Numbered from the stretch's first letter, positions 10,720 to 21,659 are shown. The stretch is DNA of 64,000 nucleotides from Candidatus Palauibacter sp. (GCF_965216145.1 NZ_OZ244149.1:1013411-1077410), one strand, 5' to 3'. A program made the numbers and translations. Notes: generated by a model not told the origin, from the sequence alone.

Positions 10720-11676
10720 CTAGCGGCGGTAGCTGTCGTCGAGGAAAAAGCGGACGGGATTCAGGGCACGGTCGTGACGCCGCACCTCGTAGTGAAGATT
10801 CGGCCCGGTGGCCTCACCGGTGTCGCTCACCTCGCCGATCACGTCCCCGCGGCGGACCTCGGCGCCCACCCGAACACCGACACGCCCCAGGTGCGCGTAG
10901 CGACTCTGATATCCGTCGCCGTGATCGATCTCCACCAGGCGCCCGTAGCCGCTCCGCGAGCCGGCGAAGGTGACCCGGCCGGCCCCCGTCGCCACGACGA
11001 GGCTGCCGAAATCGGCCGAGATGTCGACGGCGGTGTGCGGCCGGCGAACCCCGAGCAGGGGGTGCAGGCGATTGTGGCTGAACCCCGAGGAAATCCAGGA
11101 GTCCTCCGCGATCACCGGCCAGATGGACGGGATGCGCTGATATCGCTCGCGCATCGCTCCGACCGAGTCCGCCGCCTCGGCCAGACTGGCTCCGAGAAGG
11201 TCGGCTCTCCGCAGCAGCTGCTCGAGGTCGACCGCGACATCTCCCGCGTCGCGCGCGAGGGCGGGCGCGACCTCGAAGAACTCATCTTCCGCCGGGGCGC
11301 CGCCTCCGGGCCCTCCCACGCCCACCGAGTAGACGTCCGGATCGAGCAGCGGAAGGCCGGCCAGGAGCCGGAACCTCTGCTCTCGGGCGGAAAGATCGTC
11401 GAGCGCCCGGCCCAACTGGTCGCTCCGGCGCTCCATGGCCCTGAGGCTGCCGATGAGTTGCTGGTTCTCGGCCCGATAGCGAGCGAGGCTCTCGACGGCA
11501 TCCCTTCGTCCCAGCACACTGATGAAGAGGGCCGAGGCGAGGAATACGAGCGTCGCCCCACCCCACAGGATGGCCTTGGCCGTGCGCTTCCTGAACCTGA
11601 AGGTCCGGGTGCGCCTGCTGCCCGCGGGCAGTATCTGAATCGTCCAGTAAGACGGTTTATTCAATCTTCCAGCCAC
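10720..11676 (-). CDS. M23 family metallopeptidase
   Basis: N-terminal TM plus coiled coil; HTAVD, YGRLVEIDHG, RYAHL, TGPNLHYEV. Confidence 0.9.
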   Translation of the reverse strand: MAGRLNKPSYWTIQILPAGSRRTRTFRFRKRTAKAILWGGATLVFLASALFISVLGRRDAVESLARYRAENQQLIGSLRAMERRSDQLGRALDDLSAREQRFRLLAGLPLLDPDVYSVGVGGPGGGAPAEDEFFEVAPALARDAGDVAVDLEQLLRRADLLGASLAEAADSVGAMRERYQRIPSIWPVIAEDSWISSGFSHNRLHPLLGVRRPHTAVDISADFGSLVVATGAGRVTFAGSRSGYGRLVEIDHGDGYQSRYAHLGRVGVRVGAEVRRGDVIGEVSDTGEATGPNLHYEVRRHDRALNPVRFFLDDSYRR

Positions 11677-11795
11677 AAGTCAAGTGAACGGCGACCCGGC
11701 GCCTCGGTCCCACGGGGGCTCTGCGTCCTGGTCGGGTCGCCGGGAATTCGCCGCGAAACGTAACTGCGCTCATGCAGCCGCAGTACAGACCGATA

Positions 11796-11825
11796 AAGCT
11801 ACTCGCCGACGACACCAAGTGTCAA
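11796..11825 (-). promoter_or_regulatory. Sigma70-like promoter for the M23 gene
   Basis: Minus strand TTGACA-18 nt-TAGCTT. Confidence 0.55.
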
Positions 11826-11877
11826 ACTCGTTACTCCGTGTTACCGCGGATGTGCAAAGGGGGTTCCACCGCACCCG

Positions 11878-13398
11878 CTAGAGACGGGGGAACAGCACCG
11901 GGCCGGGCCGAACCGACTCCAGAAGCCCCACCGCGTGTTCGAGGTCCGCGAACGGAGGTGGCGGCCCGGCTCCCCCCAGGGCACGCCAGAGTTCCGCGGC
12001 CTTGCGTGGGGTGAACGGGGCCAGCATCGAGGCGATGGCGCCCAGCGCCGCCATGAGTTGCGCCAATACGCCGTCGAGCACATCCGGGCTCGCCCCGGCC
12101 CGCTCGGCCTTGGCCAGCGCCCACGGCTTCGTCTCGTCCACGAACCCGTTCGCCGCGCGCACGACGTCGAACGCGGCCCCCAGACCCCGGTGCAGCAGAT
12201 AGCCGTCCATTGCGTTGTGATACTCCGAGAGGGCGAGCGATGCCTTCTCCGCGAGTTCTCCCCCCCGCAGCGGAGGTACGCCGCCTTTCCGGTACCGGGA
12301 GACCATTGAAACGACGCGGTTGAGGAGGTTCCCGAGGTCGTTCGCCAGGTCCGTCGTGTAACGCCGGTCGAACTGTTCGACGAAGGCTTCCGCGGACGGG
12401 AAGTCGCGGTCGCCGTCCCAGGGCACCTCCCGCATCAGGAAGTAGCGCAGCGCGTCCGGACCGTGACGTCCGATGAGTTCGATGAGACCGAGTTCGGTTC
12501 CCGCCGACTTGGAGAGCTTGGCCCCGCCGATCTTCACGAAGCCGTGACCCCAGACGCATCTCGCCGGTTCGACGCCCGCCGCCATCAGCATGGCGGGCCA
12601 GTAGACGCAGTGAAAGCGGGTGATGTCCTTGCCGATGATGTGGAGGTCCGCGGGCCAGGATTTCGCGAACGCCTCGCCGTCCGGATAGCCGATCGCCGTG
12701 ATGTAGTTCGAGAGCGCGTCCAACCATACGTAGACCGTATGGTCCTCGTCCCCCGGGAAGGGGACGCCCCAGCGGATCCGGGAGCGGGAGGCGGAGATAT
12801 CGTCGAGGCCGGCCTCGAGCAGCCGCGTGATCTCGTTACGCCGCGTCCGGGGGCGCACCCAGCCGGGGTCGTCCCGCAGGCGGGCGAGCAGCGCGTCCCG
12901 GTAGGCGGAGAGCCGGAAGAACCAGTTGTCCTCTTCGGTCCATTCCACTTCGCGACCGGGGTGGAGCGGACACCCGCCGTCCTCGAGTTCTTCTTCCTTC
13001 TTGAACGCCTCGCACCCGGCGCAGTAGTAGCCCTCGTACTTCGCGCGCCGGAAATCGCCGTTCGCCGCGATACGCTTCATGAGCGTCGTGAGCCCGCGGT
13101 GGTGGCGCGGCTCCGACGTACGGATGAAGTCATCGTTCGAGAGTCCAAGGCGATCCCAGACCTCGAGAAAGGACTCCGCGATGCGGTCGACCCACGCCTG
13201 CGGGCTCGATCCGTTCTTCTCCGCCTCCTGCTGAACCTTCTGGCCGTGCTCGTCCATCCCGATGAGGAAGTGCACGTCGTCCCCGCGGGCGCGGCGATAC
13301 CGGGCTATGACGTCGGCGCCGATCTTCTCGATCGCGTGCCCCAGATGCGGGTCGCCGTTCGAGTAGTCGATGGCTGTGGTGAGGTAGAACCGGGGCAA
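11878..13398 (-). CDS. metG: Methionine--tRNA ligase (short form)
   Basis: YLTTAIDY, HLGH, GKDITRFH, KLSKS. Confidence 0.96.
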   Translation of the reverse strand: MPRFYLTTAIDYSNGDPHLGHAIEKIGADVIARYRRARGDDVHFLIGMDEHGQKVQQEAEKNGSSPQAWVDRIAESFLEVWDRLGLSNDDFIRTSEPRHHRGLTTLMKRIAANGDFRRAKYEGYYCAGCEAFKKEEELEDGGCPLHPGREVEWTEEDNWFFRLSAYRDALLARLRDDPGWVRPRTRRNEITRLLEAGLDDISASRSRIRWGVPFPGDEDHTVYVWLDALSNYITAIGYPDGEAFAKSWPADLHIIGKDITRFHCVYWPAMLMAAGVEPARCVWGHGFVKIGGAKLSKSAGTELGLIELIGRHGPDALRYFLMREVPWDGDRDFPSAEAFVEQFDRRYTTDLANDLGNLLNRVVSMVSRYRKGGVPPLRGGELAEKASLALSEYHNAMDGYLLHRGLGAAFDVVRAANGFVDETKPWALAKAERAGASPDVLDGVLAQLMAALGAIASMLAPFTPRKAAELWRALGGAGPPPPFADLEHAVGLLESVRPGPVLFPRL

Positions 13399-13400
13399 GG

Positions 13401-14396
13401 TCAGCGGTCCAGTTCGGCGCGGCGGGTGGCCCGCCTCTCCTTCCGGAGCTGGTCGAGAGGAATGGTGCGCACCTCTCCGTCGCCACCCTGAAGCGAGATG
13501 GTCTCACGGAAGATGTCCCAGGACTTCACACTCTCCCGCCCCTTCGCCGTACGGATCGTCCTGCCGACGGGCGGGAAACGCTTCTTCGCCTGCGCGTACA
13601 CCGCGTGTTCGTAGCGCAGACAGTTCATGAGACGCCCGCAGGCGCCCGAAATCTGGCTCGGATTGAGCGAGAGCCCCTGGTCCTTGGCGAGCTGGAGCGT
13701 TACCGGCTCGATCGAGGTGAGCCACGACCGGCAGCACAGTTCGCGGCGACACCGGCCGAGTCCGCCGAGGCGGCGCGCCTCATCGCGAACCCCGATCTGC
13801 CGGAGTTCGATCCTGGTTCGGAAGGAGCGCGCCATGTCCCGCACGAGCGCGCGAAAGTCGACCCTCTTCTCGGCCGTGAAGTACACGGTGAGCTTGTTGC
13901 GGTCCCACTGCCACTCCGCCTCGCTCACCTTCATGCGGAGCCGGTGCTTCACCACGAGTTCCCGCGTGCGCCTCCGCACCTCGAGTTCCTGGTCGCGAAG
14001 CTGCAGGAGTCGCAGCACATCGGCGGGCGCCGCGCGGCGAACGACCCGGCGGGAGGGCGGCGGCACGTGCCGGACCCCCACATGGTCGCAGCCGCCCTCG
14101 CAGGCGAGGTCCTCGGAGGCCGCGGCCCGCTTCACCCGACCGATGTCCTGCCCGCGATCGGCCTCCACGACGACGTATTCCCGCTCCGCCAGCGGTCGAA
14201 CCCCGGTGAAGGAGAAAAAGTCCGAGCGCAGGCCCTTGAACTGCACTTCCAGGATCTGGCCCGGCGCTCCCGCCGGAGGACCCGGCGCGGGGACGGACCC
14301 CGGCGCGGGGCGCGGCGCGGAGGCGGGGGCGGCCGGCGCTCGCGCGGAGTGCGGGGGGCGGGGCCGCGCGGGGCGCGGTCGTCTGTCCTCCCTCAT
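13401..14396 (-). CDS. PSP1-domain protein (RicT/YaaT-like)
   Basis: RVDFRALVRD, RIELRQIGVRDEA, CRRELCC, ISGACGRLMNCLRYE; start taken at MREDR after an RBS. Confidence 0.88.
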   Translation of the reverse strand: MREDRRPRPARPRPPHSARAPAAPASAPRPAPGSVPAPGPPAGAPGQILEVQFKGLRSDFFSFTGVRPLAEREYVVVEADRGQDIGRVKRAAASEDLACEGGCDHVGVRHVPPPSRRVVRRAAPADVLRLLQLRDQELEVRRRTRELVVKHRLRMKVSEAEWQWDRNKLTVYFTAEKRVDFRALVRDMARSFRTRIELRQIGVRDEARRLGGLGRCRRELCCRSWLTSIEPVTLQLAKDQGLSLNPSQISGACGRLMNCLRYEHAVYAQAKKRFPPVGRTIRTAKGRESVKSWDIFRETISLQGGDGEVRTIPLDQLRKERRATRRAELDR

Positions 14397-14406
14397 GTCT
14401 CCCCCC

Positions 14407-15354
14407 TCAGCTCTCTTCCCACACGCCCATGGCGTAGTACTTCTCCCGCCGCGTCTCGACGAGTTCGCGCGCGTCCAGCTTCGAGAGTTCCCGCAGGTGG
14501 CGCCGGATCGCGGCGCCCATCGCTTCCACGGCGGCGGCCGGGTCGTTGTGCGCCCCGCCTCGGGGCTCCGGGATGACCTGATCCACGACATCCAGATCCT
14601 GAAGATCGCTGGCCGTGAGCCTGAGGGCTTCCGCCGCCTGGTCGGCGTGGTCCCGGCTCCGCCACAGGATCGCGGCGCACCCCTCGGGCGAGATCACCGA
14701 GTAGATCGCGTTCTCCATCATCAGCACCCGGTCCGCCACGCCGATCCCCAGCGCGCCGCCCGAGCCGCCCTCGCCGATCACGCAGCTCACGATGGGGACG
14801 CGGAGGCCGGCCATCACGGCCAGGTTCCTCGCGATCGCTTCCGCCTGGCCCCGCTCCTCGGCGCCGATACCGGGATACGCGCCCTGCGTGTCGATGAAGG
14901 TGACGAGGGGGCGGCCGAACTTCTCCGCCAGTTCCATGAGGCGCTTCGCCTTCCGATACCCCTCGGGGTGCGGAGAACCGAAGTTGCGCCGCAGGTTCTC
15001 CTTCATCCCCCGGCCCTTCTGATGGCCGATCACCATCACCGAGCCACCGCCGAGCTTGAGCCAGCCCCCGACGATGGCGGGGTCGTCGCGGAAGGCGCGG
15101 TCCCCTTTCAGCTCGAAGAAATCGGTGCCGATCCCGTCGATGTAGTCGAGGGAGAAGGGCCGGTCCTGGTTGCGGGCGAGCTTGACGCGATCGAAGCGGG
15201 AGAGCCGGGCCATCGCCTCATCATGCGCGGCGGCGAGCTGGGCCTCCAGCGGCTGCAGCTCGGCGCTGACGTCGATGCCGCGCTCCCTGGCCTTGTTCCG
15301 AAGCTCCTCGACGTGGCCGCGGAGTTCTGCCAGCCCTTCCTGTTCTGTCGACAT
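14407..15354 (-). CDS. accA: Acetyl-CoA carboxylase carboxyltransferase alpha subunit
   Basis: GHQKGR, PEGYRKA, IDTQGAYPG, GEGGSGGAL, YSVISPEGCAAILW. Confidence 0.97.
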   Translation of the reverse strand: MSTEQEGLAELRGHVEELRNKARERGIDVSAELQPLEAQLAAAHDEAMARLSRFDRVKLARNQDRPFSLDYIDGIGTDFFELKGDRAFRDDPAIVGGWLKLGGGSVMVIGHQKGRGMKENLRRNFGSPHPEGYRKAKRLMELAEKFGRPLVTFIDTQGAYPGIGAEERGQAEAIARNLAVMAGLRVPIVSCVIGEGGSGGALGIGVADRVLMMENAIYSVISPEGCAAILWRSRDHADQAAEALRLTASDLQDLDVVDQVIPEPRGGAHNDPAAAVEAMGAAIRRHLRELSKLDARELVETRREKYYAMGVWEES

Positions 15355-15417
15355 GCGCGATGGTCCTTCGTCCGGGGCCGGCGCCGTTCGCGGGGGACGC
15401 GGACAAGGTGGCCCCGA

Positions 15418-18400
15418 TCAGCGACTCCGGACCAGCTTCACCCCGCTGCCCAGCAGCGCCCGGAGTCCCTCGACCAGAGCCGGGGTCGGCGAGACACGCA
15501 GCGTTCTGGAAGCAAATCTGGGCGTGCTCGCCTCCTCGCGCACCTCGGCCGGCCCGCCATTGACCGCCCTCCACTCCAGGTACAGGGGGCCGCGTCCCCG
15601 AGAGGCCTCCAGCAGTTCCCGGGCCCTGTCGAACGCACCCGGCTCGGGCGGCTCATCCTCGCGGAGTTCGATCAGGATCCCCACCTGTCCCTCGTCCCGC
15701 ACGTCCGCCAGGGGTCGCACGGAATCGAGGAAGATGGGCGGATCCTCGTCATCTCGCGAGTTGCCCGACACCGTGCCCATGATCAGGACGGGCCGGTCAT
15801 CGGTCAGGAGGTCGCGATTCTGTTGCCAGATGTCCCCGAAGGCGAGGGTCGTCGCCGTGCCGTGGAAATCCTCGATCGTGAGGCGCGCCCATTCGCGTCC
15901 GTCCTTGCGCGCGGTGCGAACCGACGCCTCCGTGATCACGCACGGGATCTCGACGGCGCGGTCGCGGTGCTCGGGCAGACTCGTCGTCCTGGCCTCGACG
16001 GCGTAGAGGTCGACGAGATCCCGGTAGCGTTCCAGCGGGTGTCCGGAAATGTAGAACCCGAGGCGCTCCTTCTCCTCCCGAAGCCGGTCCGACTCGCTCC
16101 ATGCGGGGACGGCGGGAAGATCCACCGGCGGGCGCGCCACCTCGGCCGCGTCGCCGAAGAGACTGGTCTGGCCGCTCTCGGTCTCCTGCCGCCGGAGTTG
16201 CGCCTCGTTCATCATGACGTCCAGCCCCTCGACGAGCGCCGCCCGGTCGCCGAGGTCGTCCACCGCGCCCGCTCCGATCAGGGCCTGGATCACGCGCGAG
16301 TTGTTGAGGCGGAGGTCGATCCGCTCGAGAAAGTCCAGGAAGTTCTCGAACGGGGCCTCCTCGCGCGCGGCCGCGATCGACTGGATCGCGGAGTGCCCCA
16401 CACCCTTGATCGCCCCCAGCCCGAAGCGAATCGCCGATTTCCCGGAGTCGTCGGGGTCGTCGACCACGGTGAAGCGATAGCCGGACTCCTTCACCGATGG
16501 GGGAAGGACACGGATACCGAGCAGTCGGGACGCGCCGATGTAGGAGACGACCGCGTCCGTGCTTCCGATCTCCGACGAGAGCAGGCCGGCCATGAACTCG
16601 GCCGGGTAATGCGCCTTCAGCCATGCGGTCCGGTAGGAGAGGAGCGCGTATGCGACGCTGTGCGCCTTGTTGAAGCCGTAGCGGCCGAAGGTCCGGATGA
16701 GTTCGGCGATCTCGCGGGCCTTCGCCTTCGCCACGCCCCGCTCGACCGCGCGCGCGACGAACTCGCCCAGCACGCGGTCCGTCAGTTCCGCGTCCTTCTT
16801 TCCCACCGCCTTCCTGAGGACATCGGCTTCGGCGAGCGTGAAGCCGGCAAGCAGGTTGGCGGCGCGCATCACCTGCTCCTGATAGGTGATGACCCCGTAC
16901 GTCGGCTCGAGGATTTCCGCGAGGTCCGGGTGAGGGTATTCGACGGGCTTGAAGCCGCGCTTGCGGGCGATGTAGACGTCCGTCATCCCCGAATCGAGCG
17001 GACCGGGACGGATGAGTGCGTTGACCGCGACGAGGTCGTCGAACCGGTCGCAGCGCATGGCGCGCAGCTTGTCCGTCGCGAGGCTGGACTCGAACTGGAA
17101 CACGCCGCTCGTACGGCCGGCGGCGAGCATCCCGTACACCGCGGGGTCATCGAGCCCGATCTCCTCCCAGTCGACCCGGATGCCGTGCCGCTCCTCGACG
17201 TTCCGCGCCGCGTCGGCGATCACGGTCAGCGTGCGCAGGCCCAGGAAGTCCATCTTGAGCATGCCCGCCTTCTCGAGCGCGTTCATGTCGAACTGCGTGA
17301 TCACCGTGTCCGCGCTGGTGCGGGTGTCCGAGTAGACCGGCACGTAGTCGTCGAGCGGCCCGGGCGCGATCACGACGCCGGCCGCGTGCACCGAACTGTG
17401 ACGCGACAGTCCCTCCATCCGCTCGGCGTAGTCGAGCAGCTTCGTGACCTGCGGATCCTCCCGGTCGAGTTCGGCGAGTTCCCCCACCTTCTTCCTCGCC
17501 TGGGACACGGTGAGCGAGAAGCCCGGACTCGACGGGACGAGCTTCGCGAGCTTGTCCGTGTCGGAGGGTGAGAAGCCGAGCACGCGGCCCACGTCCCGGA
17601 TCACCGCCCGCGCCTTCATGGTTCCGAAGGTGATGATCTGGCCTACGGAGGCCTGGCCGTACTTCTGGCGCACGTAGTCGATGACCTCGCCGCGCCGCTC
17701 GTAGCAGAAGTCGATGTCGATGTCCGGCATCGAGATGCGCTCGGGATTGAGAAACCGCTCGAACAGGAGGTCGAATTCGAGCGGATCCACGTCGGTGATC
17801 CCGAGCGTGTAGCAGATGATCGAGCCCGCCGCGGACCCTCGGCCGGGTCCGACCGGAATCCCCCGCTCGCGCGCCGCGACGATGAAGTCCCAGACGATGA
17901 GCAGGTATCCCGCGTACCCCGTGTTCTCGATCACCTCCAGTTCGTACCCGAGACGGGCGCGGACCGGATCGGGTAGCGGGTCGCCGTACTTCGCCCGCGC
18001 CCCCTGCGTCGCTTCGTGACGCAGCATCTCCATCGGATCGGAGAAGCGGTCGGGGAGGGGGAAGGTCGGCAACTGGTACTGCTTCTCGACCTTCACCTCG
18101 CAGCGTTCCGCGATGCGGACCGTCTCGGCGAGCAGGCCCGGCATGTCGGGGAACAGTTCGGCCATCTCCTCGGCCGTCTTGAAGTAGCTCTCCTCGCCGT
18201 GGAAGCGCAGCCGGTCGGGATCGTCCTTGTCCTTCCCCGTCCCGATGCAGAGGAGGGTGTCGTGGACGTCCGCGTCCTCGCGCCGCATGTAGTGCGCGTC
18301 GTTCGTCAGCACGAGGGGGAGCCCGAGTTCCTCGGAGAGCTGGATGATGCCCCGGTTCACCTGGTCCTGCTGCGGGATCCCGTGGTCCTGCAGTTCGAGC

Positions 18401-18915
18401 CAGTACCGGTCGCTGAACACGCGGGCGTGCCACTCCGCGGTGCGTTTCGCGTCGTCGTAGCGCTCGTGCTGGAGGTAGCGGGCGACCTCGCCGGCGAGAC
18501 ACGCGGACAGACAGATGAGGCCCTCGGCGTACTCCTCGAGGACCGCGTGATCGATCCGCGGCCGCCGGTAGAAGCCCTCCGTGTAGCCGATCGAGGAGAG
18601 CTTGATGAGGTTCGAGTAACCGGTCCGGTTCGCGGCGAGCAGGACGAGGTGCGCGTAGTTGGCGGGGGCACCCGGCTCCATCTTGCGGGCGCGCCGGTCG
18701 CCGTACGCGACGTAGGCTTCGCAGCCGATGATCGGCGTGATGCCCTTCGCGCGGGCCTTCTCCTGGAACTCCCAGGCGCCGAACAGGTTGCCGTGGTCGG
18801 TGAGGGCGAGCGCGGGCATGCCGAGCGCGACCGCCCGGTCGACCAGATCGTCGATCCGGTTCGCGCCGTCGAGCAGCGAGTACTCGCTGTGCGTGTGAAG
18901 ATGAACGAACTGCAT
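15418..18915 (-). CDS. dnaE: DNA polymerase III alpha subunit
   Basis: FVHLHTHSEYSLLDG, GPGRGSAAGS, MPDIDIDF, KMDFLGL, YGFNKAH. Confidence 0.98.
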   Translation of the reverse strand: MQFVHLHTHSEYSLLDGANRIDDLVDRAVALGMPALALTDHGNLFGAWEFQEKARAKGITPIIGCEAYVAYGDRRARKMEPGAPANYAHLVLLAANRTGYSNLIKLSSIGYTEGFYRRPRIDHAVLEEYAEGLICLSACLAGEVARYLQHERYDDAKRTAEWHARVFSDRYWLELQDHGIPQQDQVNRGIIQLSEELGLPLVLTNDAHYMRREDADVHDTLLCIGTGKDKDDPDRLRFHGEESYFKTAEEMAELFPDMPGLLAETVRIAERCEVKVEKQYQLPTFPLPDRFSDPMEMLRHEATQGARAKYGDPLPDPVRARLGYELEVIENTGYAGYLLIVWDFIVAARERGIPVGPGRGSAAGSIICYTLGITDVDPLEFDLLFERFLNPERISMPDIDIDFCYERRGEVIDYVRQKYGQASVGQIITFGTMKARAVIRDVGRVLGFSPSDTDKLAKLVPSSPGFSLTVSQARKKVGELAELDREDPQVTKLLDYAERMEGLSRHSSVHAAGVVIAPGPLDDYVPVYSDTRTSADTVITQFDMNALEKAGMLKMDFLGLRTLTVIADAARNVEERHGIRVDWEEIGLDDPAVYGMLAAGRTSGVFQFESSLATDKLRAMRCDRFDDLVAVNALIRPGPLDSGMTDVYIARKRGFKPVEYPHPDLAEILEPTYGVITYQEQVMRAANLLAGFTLAEADVLRKAVGKKDAELTDRVLGEFVARAVERGVAKAKAREIAELIRTFGRYGFNKAHSVAYALLSYRTAWLKAHYPAEFMAGLLSSEIGSTDAVVSYIGASRLLGIRVLPPSVKESGYRFTVVDDPDDSGKSAIRFGLGAIKGVGHSAIQSIAAAREEAPFENFLDFLERIDLRLNNSRVIQALIGAGAVDDLGDRAALVEGLDVMMNEAQLRRQETESGQTSLFGDAAEVARPPVDLPAVPAWSESDRLREEKERLGFYISGHPLERYRDLVDLYAVEARTTSLPEHRDRAVEIPCVITEASVRTARKDGREWARLTIEDFHGTATTLAFGDIWQQNRDLLTDDRPVLIMGTVSGNSRDDEDPPIFLDSVRPLADVRDEGQVGILIELREDEPPEPGAFDRARELLEASRGRGPLYLEWRAVNGGPAEVREEASTPRFASRTLRVSPTPALVEGLRALLGSGVKLVRSR

Positions 18916-18937
18916 TATGCGGTCTGCGGCGTCCCGG

Positions 18938-20002
18938 CTATCCGCCGGTCACGCAGCGGAACGACCCGAGGATTTGCTGCAACTGCAGCATGTACTCGTA
19001 TTTGGGCCGGTTCGGCGAGTAGAGCCAGGCATCGACGACGTACGTGCGCGCCGGGCAGTCGACCAGCCAGACGATGAACGGTCCGGCCGCGGGGAAGTCG
19101 CCGGCTTCATCCTGCCAGATGCCGGTCACTTCCAGAGCCGGGTGGCCCTCCCACAGGAAGCTGACCACGCTCGAACTCGTGTCGTCGATCCGCTGCGGGA
19201 CGTTGTAGTGCGTGCCATCGAACTCGGCGCGCCATTCGAGCGCCAGTTCCTTCGTCAGCGAGTCGACGCCGGGGCGCCACGCGACGAGGATCGAACGGAT
19301 GAGCTCGCTGGGCTCGGGGTTGTCGTTGCGGAGGATGACGAGGCTGTCCCCGCCGCCCAGGTCCCGCGCGACCCGGTCGTACACCTCGGGCACCTGGATG
19401 GAGAACCCGAACCTGCGTCCGAGATCGGCGGCGAGGGCGGTATCCGGCGGCGTCGCGAACATCCTGCGCAGCACGTATTGGCGGTAGCTCGTGTCCACCG
19501 CGTTGAGCACCGAGGGCAGCGCCGCGATCCAGGACTCGGCCTCGCGCCCGCCGCGGAGCAGCACCGCGGTCACGGTCTGGCCCAGCGCCCACACGTTCCG
19601 CGTCTGGAAGACCCGGCCCGGTTCCAGCGCCGCGAGATCCTGGTCCGCGGCGGACGCCGCCTCCATGAGGAGCGGATCGTCCTCCGTCCCGAACACCAGC
19701 ACGTTGCGGAAGAGGATCAGATCGATCGCGCTCGGGTGCCCGGGATCGACCGAACTGACCTCGTACTGCCTCTCGTCACGGGTCGTGAAGATCGTCGGCT
19801 CGAGGACCGCCCGCGTCTCCTCCTCCACCTGTTGCCAGAGCGACTCGGAGCCGAAGATGATGAGGCTGTTCGCCTCCCCGAAGGCCGTCTGCTTGCTGCA
19901 GCCGGAGAGGCCGAGGAGAGTGGCCGAGAGAAGCGCCGCGCGGGTGCCGAGGGGATGAATTCGCATGCGGTGGAAGCTAGACCGCGGCGCGGGGGTCGGC
20001 AA
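18938..20002 (-). CDS. Lipoprotein, DUF4837-like
   Basis: Lipobox LSGC; VWALGQ and GIWQ...AGPF segments resemble DUF4837. Confidence 0.65.
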   Translation of the reverse strand: MPTPAPRSSFHRMRIHPLGTRAALLSATLLGLSGCSKQTAFGEANSLIIFGSESLWQQVEEETRAVLEPTIFTTRDERQYEVSSVDPGHPSAIDLILFRNVLVFGTEDDPLLMEAASAADQDLAALEPGRVFQTRNVWALGQTVTAVLLRGGREAESWIAALPSVLNAVDTSYRQYVLRRMFATPPDTALAADLGRRFGFSIQVPEVYDRVARDLGGGDSLVILRNDNPEPSELIRSILVAWRPGVDSLTKELALEWRAEFDGTHYNVPQRIDDTSSSVVSFLWEGHPALEVTGIWQDEAGDFPAAGPFIVWLVDCPARTYVVDAWLYSPNRPKYEYMLQLQQILGSFRCVTGG

Positions 20003-20048
20003 ACGGAGTCGGCGCGTCTTGACACCCGGTGCCCGGGCCGCCTAAGCA

Positions 20049-21659
20049 GTGCCTGCAATGGCAGAACGAACGTTCGATTCCGGGATGAACACGCGGCGCG
20101 ACTTCGTCGCCGCCTGGTCGCGCGCGGCGGCCCTCTGCGCGCTGGCGCCGGTTCCCTTCGGGCAGTTCGGCCCGGGTGCCCGCGCGGGCGGTGACCGCAT
20201 CGTCACGCGCTCCGGCCGCTCCGCTTCGGCGGACCGCTTTCCGTTCGGGCTCGGCGTCGCGTCGGGCGAGCCCGCGGCCGATGGGGTCGTACTCTGGACG
20301 CGCCTGCTCGACCTGCCCGGCGACCCCGGGGACGCACTCCCCGTCCGCTGGGAGATCGCGGCGGACGAGGCCTTCCGCACGGTGGTGCGACGCGGAGAAG
20401 CCGCAGCGCTGGCGCAACTCGGCCACTCCGTGCATGTGGAGGCCGCCGGCCTCGAGCCCGCGCGCGACTACTGGTACCGCTTCCACGCCGCGGGCGTGAC
20501 GAGTCAGGTCGGCCGCACCCGCACCGCCCCCGCCCGCGGCGTTCTGCCCGGGAGCTTCGACTTCGTCTTCGTCTCCTGCCAGCACTACGAGCGAGGGTGG
20601 TACACGGGCTATCGGCACATGGCTGCGGAGTCGCCGGCGCTCATCGTCCACCTCGGCGACTACATCTATGAAGACGGACCCGGGGACCGGCCCGACCTCG
20701 TCCGACGGCATGACGCGGCGGAACCGCGGACGCTCGAGGGCTACCGGGCCCGCTACGCCCTGTACAAGCGCGACCCGGACCTTCAGGCGGCGCACGCGGC
20801 GTCCCCATGGGTCTTCACGCCGGATGACCACGAGGTCGACAACGACTGGGCGGGCAAGAACAACACGGAGGGGATGCCCCTGCGCGCCTTCCTCCAGCGC
20901 CGGGCGGCGGCCTTCCAGGCCATGTACGAACACCTCCCCCTGCGGGGGACCTCCATGCCCGCCGGGCCCGATGCGCGCCTGTACCGTCGGCTCGACTTCG
21001 GCTCCCTGCTGCGACTTCACGTTCTGGACACCCGGCAATACCGCACGCTGCAGCCCTGCGGGGGCCGGCGGCGGGCGCCATGCGACGGGCAGCATGCGGA
21101 AGGCGCCACGATCCTCGGAAGCGAACAGGCCGACTGGCTGCTCGACGGACTCGACCGGTCACCCGCCCGCTACAACGTCCTCGCCAACCAGGTCTTCATG
21201 GCCCGGCTCCTCGAGGGCGAAGAGGAACTCACCCTCCCCATGGACAAGTGGGACGGCTACCCCGCCGACCGCGACCGCCTCATGACCTTCCTCCACGAGC
21301 GCCGCCCCGCGAACCCCGTCGTCCTGACCGGCGACCTCCACACAAACTGGGTCAACGACCTCAAACTCGACTTCGAGCGCGCCGACTCCCCCACCGTCGG
21401 AACCGAATTCGCCGGCACATCCATCAGCTCGAGCGGAGACGGCGTCGACACGGCCCCCCAGGGCGAAAACGCCCTCGGCCATAACCCCCACATCAAGTTC
21501 TTCAACGCCCAACGCGGCTACGTCCGCTGCCGGGTGACGCCCGAGCGGCTCCAAGCCGACTTCCGGGTCATGCCCTACGTCACGCGCCCCGACGCTCCCA
21601 TCGCGACGCGCGCGAGCTACATAGTAGAAAACGGAATCCCCGGCGCCCAGGAAACTTGA
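20049..21659 (+). CDS. phoD: Alkaline phosphatase D family protein, Tat-exported
   Basis: TRRDFV Tat motif; FGLGVASGEP, HLGDYIYE, DDHEVDND, LDTRQYR, WDGY, LTGDLH. Confidence 0.93.
   Translation: MPAMAERTFDSGMNTRRDFVAAWSRAAALCALAPVPFGQFGPGARAGGDRIVTRSGRSASADRFPFGLGVASGEPAADGVVLWTRLLDLPGDPGDALPVRWEIAADEAFRTVVRRGEAAALAQLGHSVHVEAAGLEPARDYWYRFHAAGVTSQVGRTRTAPARGVLPGSFDFVFVSCQHYERGWYTGYRHMAAESPALIVHLGDYIYEDGPGDRPDLVRRHDAAEPRTLEGYRARYALYKRDPDLQAAHAASPWVFTPDDHEVDNDWAGKNNTEGMPLRAFLQRRAAAFQAMYEHLPLRGTSMPAGPDARLYRRLDFGSLLRLHVLDTRQYRTLQPCGGRRRAPCDGQHAEGATILGSEQADWLLDGLDRSPARYNVLANQVFMARLLEGEEELTLPMDKWDGYPADRDRLMTFLHERRPANPVVLTGDLHTNWVNDLKLDFERADSPTVGTEFAGTSISSSGDGVDTAPQGENALGHNPHIKFFNAQRGYVRCRVTPERLQADFRVMPYVTRPDAPIATRASYIVENGIPGAQET

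Noticed and set aside
13627-17571. 1314-aa plus-strand ORF and other long antisense ORFs (e.g. 1467-3365, 9982-11763, 36025-37710, 58340-59896)
   Set aside because: Shadow frames opposite clear genes, expected from high GC3 bias; no recognisable motifs.
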